Assembly (NCBI GenBank): GCA_964626665.1
Contig: CAZVGK010000012.1
Location: 20,912 to 84,911 of the forward strand
Source: an uncultured Gemmatimonadota bacterium
GTDB lineage: Bacteria; SM23-81; DAOVCL01
DNA length: 64,000 bases
Direction of reading: 5' to 3'
A model generated the notes under the pieces. The model was not told the origin of the DNA and did not search any database. It saw nothing but the letters and a program-made list of their open reading frames with translations. Below, one piece after another: positions 1-13,000 of this stretch. Both the position numbers and the translations under genes were made by a program. Position 1 is the stretch's first letter. Every line of letters starts with the position of its first letter.

Positions 1-908
1 ATTTTGACCTCGCTTCCATCCTTCAACATCTGCCCTCCCACCGTGACTATGATCTCGCCTCCTTTCAACCCTGCCAACACCTCCACCAGGTCTCCTTCAC
101 TTAGCCCCAGTTTGATCTCTTTTCTTCTTGCTATCTCACCATTGACCACGAAGACATAGTTTTCGACTCCGCTTTTTAAAATACAATCCTCGGGGATGAC
201 CAAGACATCCCTGTGCTCAGCCACGAGCAACCTCACCCTGGCGAAATATCCCGGTTTCAACCTGTGATCCGGGTTGCGAATGCTGATCTCCGCCGGAGCT
301 GTTCTGCTCATCGGGTCGACCACCGGGCTCAATCCCGTCAGCCGTCCAAGGAAGACCTCATCAGGATAGGCATCTACCCATATTTCTGCCTTCTGCCCCT
401 TCTTCACCCTGGGCAGATCCCTTTCGATAATGTTGATCTTGACCTTTACCGTATTCATATAGACGATCATAGCTATAGGGGTTCCCATAGAGGGAGATGG
501 CTTGGGGGGATTGACGCCACTCCCCTTATCCAAATAGACTCTTCCTACAATCCCGTCAATAGGTGAGGTAACCTCAACGGGCTCAAACTTCAACCCGGTT
601 ATGTCTCGGTCAACAATGGCGATTATCTCCTCCTTCTTCACCCTATCCCCCTCCTGCACCCTGTTTTCTATCAGCTTTCCAGCCACCTTGGGGTAGACCA
701 GAATCTGGTCCTGAGCCTTTATATCCCCGGTAAAGGAGAGCCTCTCCTCGATATTACCTCTTTTGACGGTATCCACCTCTATAGGCACGGCTTTGACCTC
801 CTCCACAACCACTTCCCTTTCTTTCCCTGCCTTGTATCTGGTCACTCCCTTGTAGCCGACAAAACCAATAACGGCTAAGATCACTATCCAGATAATTGTC
901 TTCTTCAT
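1..908 (-). CDS. RND efflux periplasmic adaptor (MFP) subunit, partial; runs off the window start and is absent from the ORF track
   Basis: Manual translation from ATG 908: MKKTIIWIVILAVIGFVGY...VYPKVAGKL...VQEGDRVKK...SPIDGIV...VDAYPDEVFLG...VVDPMSRT...LKPGYFARV, which are typical MFP motifs. Lies directly downstream of TolC. Confidence 0.9.
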   Translation of the reverse strand, partial: MKKTIIWIVILAVIGFVGYKGVTRYKAGKEREVVVEEVKAVPIEVDTVKRGNIEERLSFTGDIKAQDQILVYPKVAGKLIENRVQEGDRVKKEEIIAIVDRDITGLKFEPVEVTSPIDGIVGRVYLDKGSGVNPPKPSPSMGTPIAMIVYMNTVKVKINIIERDLPRVKKGQKAEIWVDAYPDEVFLGRLTGLSPVVDPMSRTAPAEISIRNPDHRLKPGYFARVRLLVAEHRDVLVIPEDCILKSGVENYVFVVNGEIARRKEIKLGLSEGDLVEVLAGLKGGEIIVTVGGQMLKDGSEVK

Positions 909-930
909 CTTTTCACTCCCTTTGGTTGGG

Positions 931-2274
931 TCACTCTATAACCCCTATAGCCCTCTGCAGCCCGGCAATGGCCAAGATTAGATCGTGCAAAGCCTGATAA
1001 TGATTGGTCTTGGCCTGAGTCAAGGCCAACTCCGCGCTCATCACATCCAGACTGGTCACCATCCCCTGCTTATACTGTTCCTGGGCGATCTCCACACTTC
1101 TTTGGGCCTGCCTGAGGTTCTCTTCACTGGAGGAGATTATATCCTCCGCCTCCCTTAAGGCTAAGTAAGCCCCTCTCACCTGGAGCTTAATCCCTTCCTG
1201 CAACTCCTCCTCCGCCAACTCTATCCTATCCACGGTCACCTTTGCTTCTTGCACCCTGGCTCTGGTATGGAAACCATCGAAGATGGGTAGGGACAAAACC
1301 AGCATACCCGTATAGCTCTTGTCCCATTTGCCCCAATCGAAGGAGAGGCTATTGTTTTCCGCCCTGTAGCTTCCCACAAAGGCCAGGCTGGGGTTGTCGT
1401 TGGCCCTGGCCAATTTGACCATTCTCTCTCCCATCCTCTTTTGATACTCAAGCTGCGCTATTTCGGATCTGGTCTCCAGAGCTATCCCAAGACAATCCTC
1501 TAAGCTGAGTTTGTAGGTAGTTCTCTTCAATTCCCCCTCAACCTCCATCTCCGTAGCTAAGTCTATCCCCAAGGTGTTCTTCAAGCCCATAAGAGCCAAT
1601 TTCAGTCCATCTTGGGCCTTGACAACCCCAGGCTTGAGATTGGCCAAGGAGACCTCGGCCCTGAGGACATCAAATTCAGAGGCCTCTCCAGCATCGTATC
1701 TGATTCTGGTCACCCTCAGGTGTTCCTTAGCCAGTGCCTCCGCCTCCTCGGTGACCTTGACGAACTCCTCAGCTAAAAGGACGCCATAAAATGTCCTCTT
1801 CACCTGGTAGATGGCCTCCTCTTTTGATTGCCTATATCTCTTCTCGGTAACCTTTAGATTCAATTCCGCTGTTTTGTAACCCTGCCAGATCCTACCCCAG
1901 GTAAAGAGCGGTTGGGTCAGGCTCAAGCTGGCGGTGTAGTCCTTGGTGAAATCCATCTCCACTTTCCTTGTAGCCCCTGAAGGTGGAAACATAAATTGGC
2001 CGACAGGAAACTCTATTTCGGGGATTCCCTCGAAGAGGGTATAGGAACCCTGGCCGCTGAGCTGAGGGAAGAACCCAGATCTGGCCTGTTTAACCTTTGC
2101 CTGGGCCGTTCTTATGTCCTCCTCGGCCTGGAGGACCCCTTTATTCCTCTCCAGAGCCAGCTTTATGCTCTCCTCTAAGGTTAAAATCAGTTTCCCCCCA
2201 GCAAAGAGGGATTTTACCCCAACAAGAGCAAGAAAGAGGATCAAAAATAGGGAAATCGGTTTTGGACTATTCAT
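931..2274 (-). CDS. TolC family outer membrane efflux protein
   Basis: Signal peptide, LTLEESIKLALERN start, two OEP repeats (LTQPLFTWG, LSLPIFDGF). Confidence 0.93.
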   Translation of the reverse strand: MNSPKPISLFLILFLALVGVKSLFAGGKLILTLEESIKLALERNKGVLQAEEDIRTAQAKVKQARSGFFPQLSGQGSYTLFEGIPEIEFPVGQFMFPPSGATRKVEMDFTKDYTASLSLTQPLFTWGRIWQGYKTAELNLKVTEKRYRQSKEEAIYQVKRTFYGVLLAEEFVKVTEEAEALAKEHLRVTRIRYDAGEASEFDVLRAEVSLANLKPGVVKAQDGLKLALMGLKNTLGIDLATEMEVEGELKRTTYKLSLEDCLGIALETRSEIAQLEYQKRMGERMVKLARANDNPSLAFVGSYRAENNSLSFDWGKWDKSYTGMLVLSLPIFDGFHTRARVQEAKVTVDRIELAEEELQEGIKLQVRGAYLALREAEDIISSSEENLRQAQRSVEIAQEQYKQGMVTSLDVMSAELALTQAKTNHYQALHDLILAIAGLQRAIGVIE

Positions 2275-2311
2275 ATCTTCCTCCAGAAGAAAATCTGATC
2301 TCCTAAAGTGG

Positions 2312-2926
2312 TTATCCTTTTGCTCCTTCGAAAAAGAGGCTGGCGATCACTGGACTCAACTCCATTAAAGAGCTCTCTCCACCGGTCAAAATCCATTGGG
2401 CGGTGAATGAGTGCACCATTCCGATTAAGGCTATGGCCAAATGATTTGGACCAATAGACTTCAGATCTTTATTGTCAACTGCGGCTTCCATCACTCCTTC
2501 AACCTCTTCCAAGTAACTCTGAAATCTCCTCACCAGTTCCTTTCTGAGTTTATTTTTAATTCCCATCTCAAACCTGCCTTTCTCCGAGGTCATAATCTGA
2601 AAAAACTCCTTGTTCTTCTCAAAAAACTCAAGGTGAGCTTTGATCAAGTTTTCTATGCTCTCGATAGGGTTTAAGCCGACCTTTATGCTCTCCTTTATCT
2701 TCTTCCCCAGACTGCCCACTTTCTCTCTCATAATGGAGAGGAAAATATCCTCCTTGTTCTTGAAATAGGTGTAAAGAGCACCTTTGCTGAACTCCGCCCT
2801 CTCGGCTATCTCGTCCACGGTGGCCGCATAGAAGCCCTTCTCGGCAAAGATCTCTTCAGCAGCAGAGAGAATGGCCTCCCTGTTGGCCAGTTTAACCCTT
2901 TCTCTTCTAGATAATGATTTATGCAT
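2312..2926 (-). CDS. TetR/AcrR family transcriptional regulator
   Basis: HTH ILSAAEEIFAEKGFYAATVDEIAERAEFSKGALYTYFKNKE; first gene of the efflux operon. Confidence 0.95.
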   Translation of the reverse strand: MHKSLSRRERVKLANREAILSAAEEIFAEKGFYAATVDEIAERAEFSKGALYTYFKNKEDIFLSIMREKVGSLGKKIKESIKVGLNPIESIENLIKAHLEFFEKNKEFFQIMTSEKGRFEMGIKNKLRKELVRRFQSYLEEVEGVMEAAVDNKDLKSIGPNHLAIALIGMVHSFTAQWILTGGESSLMELSPVIASLFFEGAKG

Positions 2927-2929
2927 TTT

Positions 2930-2993
2930 ACCGACCGTTTAGTCTAAAACTGAATGGTTAGTCAAACATAATTGGGCCTTTCCCAAAAGTCAA
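2930..2993 (-). promoter_or_regulatory. Sigma70-type promoter plus two tandem TetR-like operator pseudo-palindromes
   Basis: Minus-strand TTGACT (2993-2988), 17 nt, TATGTT (2970-2965). ACCGACCGTTTAGT (2930-2943) and ACTGAATGGTTAGT (2949-2962) lie between the promoter and the start codon. Confidence 0.6.
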
Positions 2994-3469
2994 GGAAAAA
3001 ATTTAATTTTTTGCAAAATGGTTTCTGTTCATTCGTAAACCAATTGGGGAAAGGCATCCAGACCCCAATTATAATCCCCCTGGCTAGCCGGAAGGGAGTC
3101 TCAGAAAGGAGGATCTGAGGATGGGGCTCTGTGCTGGGGGGATTCCGATGAGTTGCGGCCCTAAGGCCAGACATGGCACCAGCCTTCTGTGGGGGCCCGC
3201 GGATTTGGATCATATTCAGATAGGGGATCTGAAGGAAGATTCTCATTTGTTAGCCTCGATTTGCCTAACTTCACCCCGCCCTTTTGTCGCTTTACAGGAG
3301 GATAATGCAAGTCACCGAAAAATCATTGCTTCCCCAGGTAATCTCGTTATATTTGTGGCAGTTTAAGTTGCTTCAAGATCCAAGGGAATCCGTTGCCATT
3401 AAAACCATAGGAAACATTTCCGGTCTTAACACTCTCATCAGAGTTAACTGCTGTAAACTGTAACAGACA

Positions 3470-5644
3470 ATGAGAGGGGAAACCTTTATGCGAATTAAGA
3501 TAGCAATTTTATTCATACCTCTTTTGCTCATAGGCGTGGCGCAAAACGCGCGGGCTGCAGGGAAGACGGCCTGCTGGCTCAAGGGCTGGGTGAGAAACGA
3601 GGAAGGGAAACCCCTCCCCTATGCCAACATCTTCTTGAAGGGACGGATAGAGGGGGCAATGAGCGATGAGCAGGGGAACTTCTCCTTCTCTACTACCGCG
3701 CAGGGTAGAATCACCTTGATCTGCTCCTATATCGGCTACAAAACCTATGAGAGGGAGATAACCCTCAGGCCAGGGGAGACGATCAGGCTGGAGATCAGAT
3801 TGAAGACCGAGATAATCAAGGGGAGACTGATAACCATCACCGCCAGCAGCTTTACCAGTGCAGACAAAGAGGGGGTAACCCTCTCCAGCCTGGATGTGGT
3901 AACCACCCCCGGGGCAGCAGCGGATGTCCTTTGGGCGATAAAGACCTTTCCCGGTGTAGCTCAGGTGGAGGAGGGAGCCGGGTTGTTCGTCCGGGGTGGA
4001 GATGTTAGCGAGACGGTGATGCTTTTAGATGGGGCCGTCCTCTCCCATCCCTACAAATACGAATCCCCCACCGGTGGATTCTTCGGCACCATCAGCCCCT
4101 TCCTGCTTAAGGGAACTTACTTCTCCAGTGGAGGATTCTCCGCGCGCTACGGGAATGCCGTCTCCGGAGTATTGGCTATGGAGAGCAGGGATCTGCCAAC
4201 AAAGGGGGGAGGCACCTTGGGATTGGGCCTGGCTGCCGAGTCAGGTGAGATCAGACTCCCCCTGATCCCCGGGAAGTTAGGGTTTTCCTCCTCCGGAAAT
4301 ATCAGTGACACCAAGGCCATGTTCAAGCTGAACAACTCCCAGGGGAGGTTCTCCCAATATCCTTACGCCCATGACCTGAACTTCAACCTTATGTATCGGT
4401 ATTCCCCCAGTGGCTACCTTAAGCTCTTCCTCTTTCACGAGATGGATAAGATCGGGGTGAAGGTGAAAGACCCCCAATACGGCGGATTTTACAAAGGGAA
4501 AAGCCTCAATTACCTCTATAATCTGAAATTCAGTAACCTTTTTGTCCATAAGCTCTTGGTCCAGGGCAACCTCGCCTTCACCAATTTTAAACAGGAATCG
4601 CAACTAAACAGGTTAAACCTAAATTGCCAGGATAGGCTGAGCCAGCTTAAGCTCTCGGGGGATTGGGAGGCGGGCAGTGACCTTATCCTACGCGGGGGTA
4701 TATCCCACTTCTCCCGGAAGGTTCTCCAGGCGGGGACCATCCCCCAGGAGGAGGAGGACCTAAACCCCAATGCCCCCATAGATATAGTCGATACCCACTA
4801 CCACTCCGGGCTGACCAGTGGCTTCATCGAGGGTGAAATCTATAGCTTCTTGGGGAGGTTCATCCCTGGGCTGCGCGGGGAATATGAATCGAACTCCGCG
4901 GAGTTTACCCTCGACCCACGTCTCTCCCTGATGTTCCCCTTGGGAGCCCATTCCGGGTTGACCGCTGCCTGGGGGGTCTACCATCAGTATTCCAACCCAC
5001 AATACTATGACCCCAACATCGGTAATCCGAATCTGACAGCGATGGAAGCCACCCACAGGATCTTAGGATACGAGTATCAACAGGGGACCCAAATCCTTAG
5101 GATTGAAACCTACTCTAAGAAATACAGAAAATTGATTTTAGTGGATTCAACCTATAATTATACCAACGATGGCTACGGCTATGCCAAAGGGATTGATCTA
5201 TTTGTGAAACGATCCTTTAAGTCGGCATCCGGCTGGTTGTCTTACAGCTACCTTAAATCCAGGCGGAGGTGGAGGGATTTCCCCGATCTGCGGCCTCCTT
5301 ATTTCGATATCCCCCACAACCTGACCCTGGTGGCAAAACATGATCTCACCTCACACTTGAACTTGGGGGCAACTTATCGCTTTGCCACGGGCAAACCCTA
5401 TACCCCAGCCCCCGGCCAATACAATACTAAGAGGGTCCCCGACTATCAGAGGTTGGATATGAGCTTAAGCTACCTTTGTAGCCTCTTCGAGGGCAACTTT
5501 ACCGTTCTCTATCTCTCCGTATCCAACCTTCTAAGAAGGGTAAACATCTTTGACTATCGCTACTCGTCGGATTACAGCCAGAGGGAGCCGGTGAAGAGCT
5601 CCTTCGGGAGATCGGTCTATCTTGGGGTGTCACTGAGTATTTGA
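3470..5644 (+). CDS. TonB-dependent receptor with N-terminal carboxypeptidase-regulatory-like domain
   Basis: GWVRNEEGKPLPYANI...SYIGY; plug motifs PGV, LFVRGG, LLDG, SGGFSARYGNAVSGV; C-terminal beta strand. Start may be 3488. Confidence 0.92.
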   Translation: MRGETFMRIKIAILFIPLLLIGVAQNARAAGKTACWLKGWVRNEEGKPLPYANIFLKGRIEGAMSDEQGNFSFSTTAQGRITLICSYIGYKTYEREITLRPGETIRLEIRLKTEIIKGRLITITASSFTSADKEGVTLSSLDVVTTPGAAADVLWAIKTFPGVAQVEEGAGLFVRGGDVSETVMLLDGAVLSHPYKYESPTGGFFGTISPFLLKGTYFSSGGFSARYGNAVSGVLAMESRDLPTKGGGTLGLGLAAESGEIRLPLIPGKLGFSSSGNISDTKAMFKLNNSQGRFSQYPYAHDLNFNLMYRYSPSGYLKLFLFHEMDKIGVKVKDPQYGGFYKGKSLNYLYNLKFSNLFVHKLLVQGNLAFTNFKQESQLNRLNLNCQDRLSQLKLSGDWEAGSDLILRGGISHFSRKVLQAGTIPQEEEDLNPNAPIDIVDTHYHSGLTSGFIEGEIYSFLGRFIPGLRGEYESNSAEFTLDPRLSLMFPLGAHSGLTAAWGVYHQYSNPQYYDPNIGNPNLTAMEATHRILGYEYQQGTQILRIETYSKKYRKLILVDSTYNYTNDGYGYAKGIDLFVKRSFKSASGWLSYSYLKSRRRWRDFPDLRPPYFDIPHNLTLVAKHDLTSHLNLGATYRFATGKPYTPAPGQYNTKRVPDYQRLDMSLSYLCSLFEGNFTVLYLSVSNLLRRVNIFDYRYSSDYSQREPVKSSFGRSVYLGVSLSI

Positions 5645-5804
5645 GATTAACCGCTGGTAATGACTCACCGCGGATAAGCACGGACTAACACAGACGAACC
5701 TAAAGTGGCAAAGCCGCACCAGAGCAAGAGCCACGGATCGCACTGAGAAAAAAACCACTACCGTAGATTGGGTATCGTAGCTCGTTACTCGAAGGGGTTT
5801 TTGA

Positions 5805-5830
5805 GGTGGCAAAACCCAGATTCTGTCGCC
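5805..5830. repeat. Degenerate copy of the GGTGGCAGAACCCCGATTCTGCCACC REP-like palindrome
   Basis: GGTGGCAAAACCCAGATTCTGTCGCC; other copies at 22329, 26698, 33621 and 55785. Confidence 0.7.
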
Positions 5831-5904
5831 GCCTTTTGGCCGTCAGATGGGGGCATCTACCAGCTCAGTGGGTTCTCTTTCGTCTTCTACCCCCGCAACA
5901 GGTC

Positions 5905-6043
5905 TAACCCGAATTATTCATTCATAGATTAGTATAACATCTCGAATCGCTAAGGGTTTCTTGTCGTACGGTGTAAACACATAAACCATAAAGAATAAAG
6001 CGGTTATAGCAATTAGTTGCCAGTTAATGAATAATCCGGCCTA
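5905..6043. repeat. MITE-like element with CCG(A/G)ATTATTCATT terminal inverted repeats
   Basis: CCGAATTATTCATT (5909-5922) matches the reverse complement of AATGAATAATCCGG (6026-6039) at 13/14; TA at both outer ends. Confidence 0.5.
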
Positions 6044-6246
6044 AAGACTTACTCTTATAATGTTTTCCAACGGGTTTTTGGGGCCGTAAGGGGACCCGCA
6101 CTAAAGTGGGGTAGAAATTTTGCACCGCAAACTCTGCCCAAAAAACAAGATCTGACAAGTTTTTAGTACAAAGGGATTTGAGAGAAAGTGAAAGGTTTAA
6201 ACGATTGAAACGAGCACCCAATTTAACCCTTAGTCAGGAGGTTATA

Positions 6247-7029
6247 ATGAAGAAACTTCTCTTTGTTGTTGGGATGATTCTTGTCATTAGCTCATTGGCC
6301 CATGCTCAGAGTCACGTCGACTCACTAATCATCCAGGGCAAGGAGCAGATCCAGTCTGCGGTTGATGGCTGGGATTTGCAAAAGATGATAGCCGCACGGG
6401 GTTTCTTTGAACGACTATTGAACGACCCCACCTATCTTTGGCTTGCCCATTATTACATCGGCTACGCCGATATGCGGATTGTGACCTACTACTTCAGCAA
6501 GGAGGATAAAGATAGGGCCCTGGAGTGGGTTAATGATGGCATTAAACATCTCAAGAAGTCAATTGAGCTGAAGGGCGATTTTGCCGAGCCCTACAGCCTC
6601 CTATCCTCCTTGTATGGGAACAAGATAGGGATCAAACCTCTGCTGGGGATGATCTTAGGGCCCAAATCAGGGGGGGCACAGAAAAAGGCCTTCGAACTCG
6701 CCCCCCAGAACCCCCGTTCCCACCTGATAGCCGGGGAATCGGCCTACTATACCCCGAAGCTCTTCGGCGGCGGGAAGGAGAAGGCCTTGAAATACCTCCA
6801 CCAGGCCGCCGAATATTTTATCACCTATCAGCCAAAAGGGGAGATCTACCCCTCGTGGGGTTATGAGGAGACCTATGCCTACTTGGGGTTAATTCAGATG
6901 GACAAGGGCAACTTTGATCTGGCCAGGGAGAATTTCCAGAAAGCGTTACAGATTAACCTTCATTATGGTTGGGTTAAGTTCTACCTGATGAAGGAGTTAG
7001 AAAAGAAAGCCTCCAAGGAAAAGAAATAG
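6247..7029 (+). CDS. Secreted tetratricopeptide repeat protein
   Basis: AGGAGG RBS before ATG 6247, signal peptide MKKLLFVVGMILVISSLAHA, TPR-like helices, TPKLFGGGKEKA motif. Confidence 0.85.
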   Translation: MKKLLFVVGMILVISSLAHAQSHVDSLIIQGKEQIQSAVDGWDLQKMIAARGFFERLLNDPTYLWLAHYYIGYADMRIVTYYFSKEDKDRALEWVNDGIKHLKKSIELKGDFAEPYSLLSSLYGNKIGIKPLLGMILGPKSGGAQKKAFELAPQNPRSHLIAGESAYYTPKLFGGGKEKALKYLHQAAEYFITYQPKGEIYPSWGYEETYAYLGLIQMDKGNFDLARENFQKALQINLHYGWVKFYLMKELEKKASKEKK

Positions 7030-7060
7030 ATGTGGTTGCATATTTTGGTGGTATGAACCT

Positions 7061-8152
7061 ATGAACTCTGCAGGAGAAAAGAAGAAGATAACTATTGGGA
7101 GGGGAAAGTTCATCCTCTATGGTTTTCTCCTCTGGACCCTGTGGGTGGGCTTCTATTCTGTTGTTTTTAAATTTCAGGTGGGGGTGCCCTGGTTTGTTGC
7201 CTTATTCGTCTCAGCCGAGAACTACTACATATTCGCCTTGCTCAGTATCGGTATCTGGTTTGTTTGCCGCCAAATCCCATACGGTCGCTTGCCGGTTCCC
7301 ATCTTTGTGTTCATTCACTTCATACTGGCCATAGTTTGTTCGACGCTCTGGTTATTTTTGACCTATGGGCTATGGTATTTGCAATCAGGGAAAGAAATAT
7401 TTAAATTTGTCGAAATAGAAAAGATAATAGGGTGGCAGTTTCTATTTGGCATGATAACCTATCTTCTCCTCGCCGGCATATTCTATACCATCATCTACTA
7501 CAAACATTACCGTGAGGAGGAGCTGAGGGAGGCCGAACTGAAGCTCTTAACCCGGGATGCTGAACTGAAAGCCCTGAAACTTCAAGTAAATCCCCATTTC
7601 CTCTTCAACTCATTAAACTCGATCAATGCCCTGGTGACTAAGGATCCCCAGTTAGCCCGGAGGATGATTGCCAGGCTTTCGGAACTCCTGAGGATGGCCT
7701 TAGAGAGCCATAAGAAGCTGATGGTTCCATTGAGAGAGGAGCTCGATTTTGTTCACACCTATTTGGAGATCGAGCGGATCCGCTTCGGCGAGAGGCTGGC
7801 CTATGAGGAAGAGGTCGGCCAAAAGCTTTTAGCCCAGCCATTTCCGGCTATGCTGCTTCAGCCCCTTGTGGAAAACGCGGTAAAACATGGTATTGTCAAT
7901 AGCCGCAAGGGGGGGAGGATAAGGTTAAGGATGGAGGTATCAGGGGATAGAATCACCTGTTCTGTGGGCAATACCCTCCCAGGGGAGGTGGGTATGGGGG
8001 AAGGAAGCCCGAACCAAGGTGGCACCGGTTTGAGCAACATCCACCAGAGACTTGAGCGGCTCTACGAGGGGAATTACGAGCTTCAGATTGACCGTTCAGA
8101 TCCCCGATGGTTTGAGGTTTCCCTTTCCCTTCCCTTGAAGTGGGAGGTTTAA
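7061..8152 (+). CDS. LytS/YehU-type membrane sensor histidine kinase
   Basis: N-terminal TM helices, ALKLQVNPHFLFNSLNSI, LQPLVENAVKHG, GTGLSNI. Confidence 0.95.
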   Translation: MNSAGEKKKITIGRGKFILYGFLLWTLWVGFYSVVFKFQVGVPWFVALFVSAENYYIFALLSIGIWFVCRQIPYGRLPVPIFVFIHFILAIVCSTLWLFLTYGLWYLQSGKEIFKFVEIEKIIGWQFLFGMITYLLLAGIFYTIIYYKHYREEELREAELKLLTRDAELKALKLQVNPHFLFNSLNSINALVTKDPQLARRMIARLSELLRMALESHKKLMVPLREELDFVHTYLEIERIRFGERLAYEEEVGQKLLAQPFPAMLLQPLVENAVKHGIVNSRKGGRIRLRMEVSGDRITCSVGNTLPGEVGMGEGSPNQGGTGLSNIHQRLERLYEGNYELQIDRSDPRWFEVSLSLPLKWEV

Positions 8153-8902
8153 ATGAAAAGGATCACCGCAATTATCATCGATGACGAGGAGTTGGGTCGG
8201 AAGATCATCAGGGAGTATCTGGGCAGCCATCCAGAGGTGGAGGTTAAAGCAGAATGTGAGAATGCCTATGAGGCACTGGAGACCATCGAGGAACACCATC
8301 CAGATCTGCTCTTCTTAGACATCCAGCTCCCGGAGGTCGATGGGTTTGAACTCTTAGGGATGTTAGAGGAGGTCCCCTTAGTGATCTTCTCCACCGCCTA
8401 TGATCAGTATGCCTTAAAGGCATTTGAGGTCAACGCCATTGACTATCTGCTCAAGCCCTTCGACCAAAAGAGGTTCGATATGGCCTTGGAGAGGGCGAAA
8501 AGGGGGCTGCAACTCCGCGCGACAGAAGGGGGAAGGATCGATCAACTCCTCCGCTATCTCCGTCAGGAAAGGGAATACCAGGGGAAGCTACTCATCAAGC
8601 AGTCAGGCAAAATCATTATCCTCAACCTCGATGAGATCCAGTGGATAGAGGCCATGGGCGATTATGTCAACATTCACACCAGTGAGGAGAGCTATCTGGT
8701 CCAACAGTCCCTGAGCCATTTAGAATCCCGCTTGGACCCCAATCGATTTGTCCGCATCCATCGTTCCTCCATCGTCAACCTCGATGCCGTGCAGAAGATC
8801 GTCAATTGGGCAAACGGGAAATATAAGGTCTATCTCAAAGATGGAGAGGAATTAACCCTCAGCCGCTCAGGGGCAAAGAGGTTGAAGAAGCTAATGATCT
8901 GA
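8153..8902 (+). CDS. LytTR family response regulator
   Basis: REC domain (IIDDE, FLDIQLP, YLLKPF) plus LytTR domain (FVRIHRSSIVN). Confidence 0.96.
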   Translation: MKRITAIIIDDEELGRKIIREYLGSHPEVEVKAECENAYEALETIEEHHPDLLFLDIQLPEVDGFELLGMLEEVPLVIFSTAYDQYALKAFEVNAIDYLLKPFDQKRFDMALERAKRGLQLRATEGGRIDQLLRYLRQEREYQGKLLIKQSGKIIILNLDEIQWIEAMGDYVNIHTSEESYLVQQSLSHLESRLDPNRFVRIHRSSIVNLDAVQKIVNWANGKYKVYLKDGEELTLSRSGAKRLKKLMI

Positions 8903-9200
8903 TTTTTGCCCACCTCTCACCAGGGTTTCCCAGGAAACATGCAGTTCCCTTTAACAAAAAAACCCTTTCCCAATCACTTGCCCAATTCAACCCCTTTTCT
9001 GCGTTATTTCATACCACCAGAATTATCGCCCTGAATTATCAACATCGGGGGCTTTCTTATCAACTATGTTGCCGTGGTTGTCCGCAACCAATCTCCAGGA
9101 TCAGGGGAAATCCATCACCGTTGCTAATTGGCTGACCACTAAACCCAGTATTGAAAAAGTATTTGACTGAGAGGGATAAAATTGGTAATATTAGGTAGAT

Positions 9201-9698
9201 ATGATTGAACATTTCAGCCGGTATTTTGGGCAGACGGTCTGTGTAGTCAGTGTGGAGTGGAAGAGGGAGAGAAATCTGATGACCGCCGTCTGGGTGACCC
9301 CCCTCTCCTCCCATCCACCATTGGTGGGGGTGACTGTCTCTCCCCTGCGCTATACCCATTACTTCCTGGAGAAAAGCAAGGAGTTTGGCCTCAATATACT
9401 TTCTACCGACCAGGTGGAACTCTCCCAATATGTGGGGACCGTAAGTGGGGGGAATGAGGACAAATTCTCCGCGGGATTCTTTGCCGTGCAACCTCCCCAT
9501 AAGATCAGAGCCCCTCTCATCGCTGGTTGTTTTGCCACTATGGAGTGCAAGTCTGTGAATAGTTACACCATTGGTGACCATACCTTATTTATAGGCCAAG
9601 TTCTGCGCATCGAGGTGGACAAGGAGAAAAACCCCTTACTCTTGCATCAGGGAGGATACTATCGATTGGGGGGACTTTTGGGGAGATACCGTCCTTGA
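9201..9698 (+). CDS. Flavin reductase family protein
   Basis: NLMTAVW...SSHPPLV...EFGLNIL...DKF...GDHTLFIGQV. Confidence 0.9.
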   Translation: MIEHFSRYFGQTVCVVSVEWKRERNLMTAVWVTPLSSHPPLVGVTVSPLRYTHYFLEKSKEFGLNILSTDQVELSQYVGTVSGGNEDKFSAGFFAVQPPHKIRAPLIAGCFATMECKSVNSYTIGDHTLFIGQVLRIEVDKEKNPLLLHQGGYYRLGGLLGRYRP

Positions 9699-9804
9699 GG
9701 TTTCAGGACAAAGGCACTGGGTTAACCCTTTTCTGCAACCCTGCGCCGGTTGCCCCAAAATAGCAGGAGGATGTATGCTTTAACCTTTTAAACAGGGAGG
9801 AGCT

Positions 9805-10029
9805 ATGCCTGATAAGAAAGAGGGAAAGGAGCAAAAGGAGGAGAAGGGACACATCCCCTCTGAAGAGAAGAAATTGGGGTTTAAGGAGAAGGAAGAGCTT
9901 AGGGAGTCGATGAGGAAGGAGAAGTTCAGGGATTACCGCCAGGAGAGGATGAGGCATGATGCTCACCTCCGGGATAAAAAGCTAAGACAGAAATTCCTCG
10001 GGGGGACAAGGGGAAGAAGGGGAGGATGA
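9805..10029 (+). CDS. Small highly charged hypothetical protein (74 aa)
   Basis: Good RBS (AGGGAGGAG) before the ATG; K/E/R-rich; ends GGTRGRRGG. Confidence 0.6.
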   Translation: MPDKKEGKEQKEEKGHIPSEEKKLGFKEKEELRESMRKEKFRDYRQERMRHDAHLRDKKLRQKFLGGTRGRRGG

Positions 10030-10235
10030 TACCTTCCTTCCCCCAAGAGAAGTAAGGTCCCTAAGCCGTAAGGATAACCCGCCACAGAGTCGCGGAGACC
10101 ACAGAGAGGCAAAGCCGCAACCAAAGAACCATTGTAGATTAGGTATTGTAGCTCGATACCCGTAAGGTCGTCAGAGGTCAAGATCCTTCAGCGGACATAG
10201 ATAGTAGACAGGCACAGAAGTGCAGCAGAAGCTGA

Positions 10236-10335
10236 AGATTGCTTCGGCTTGCCACTTCGCTTTTGCTCAGGGCAAGCCTCGCAATGACGGGCAAATGGAT
10301 ACGTTATTGCGAGGAACAAGGCGACGAAGCAATCT
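10236..10335. repeat. Palindromic element (AGATTGCTTCG...CCTCGCAATGACG / CGTTATTGCGAGG...CGAAGCAATCT)
   Basis: Nested inverted repeats at 10236-10246/10325-10335 and 10277-10289/10302-10314. Confidence 0.7.
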
Positions 10336-10499
10336 CATTCTACCCCTCCTGACCCGTTCCGTTCCGTGTCGGGACGGGTAACCGGGGTGACAAGGGCTTT
10401 AGCCCGTTTAGAGTGCTGTGACTCCTGTCACAGCTTGCGTCAACAGGAGTTGACGCACTCTATAAAAACCCTTAACCCACACTAAAGTGCGGTGTTTAA

Positions 10500-12954
<2,455 letters not shown>

Positions 12955-13000
12955 TCTCCCTCCTTTTGGATCCCCCTTCTGCTCTCGGGGGAGCCTTTTT

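Noticed and set aside
3020-3250. Possible cobalamin or c-di-GMP riboswitch upstream of the TonB receptor
   Set aside because: Hairpins are present (AATTGGGG/CCCCAATT), but the B12-box and GGCAAA...GACGCAAA consensus motifs are absent.
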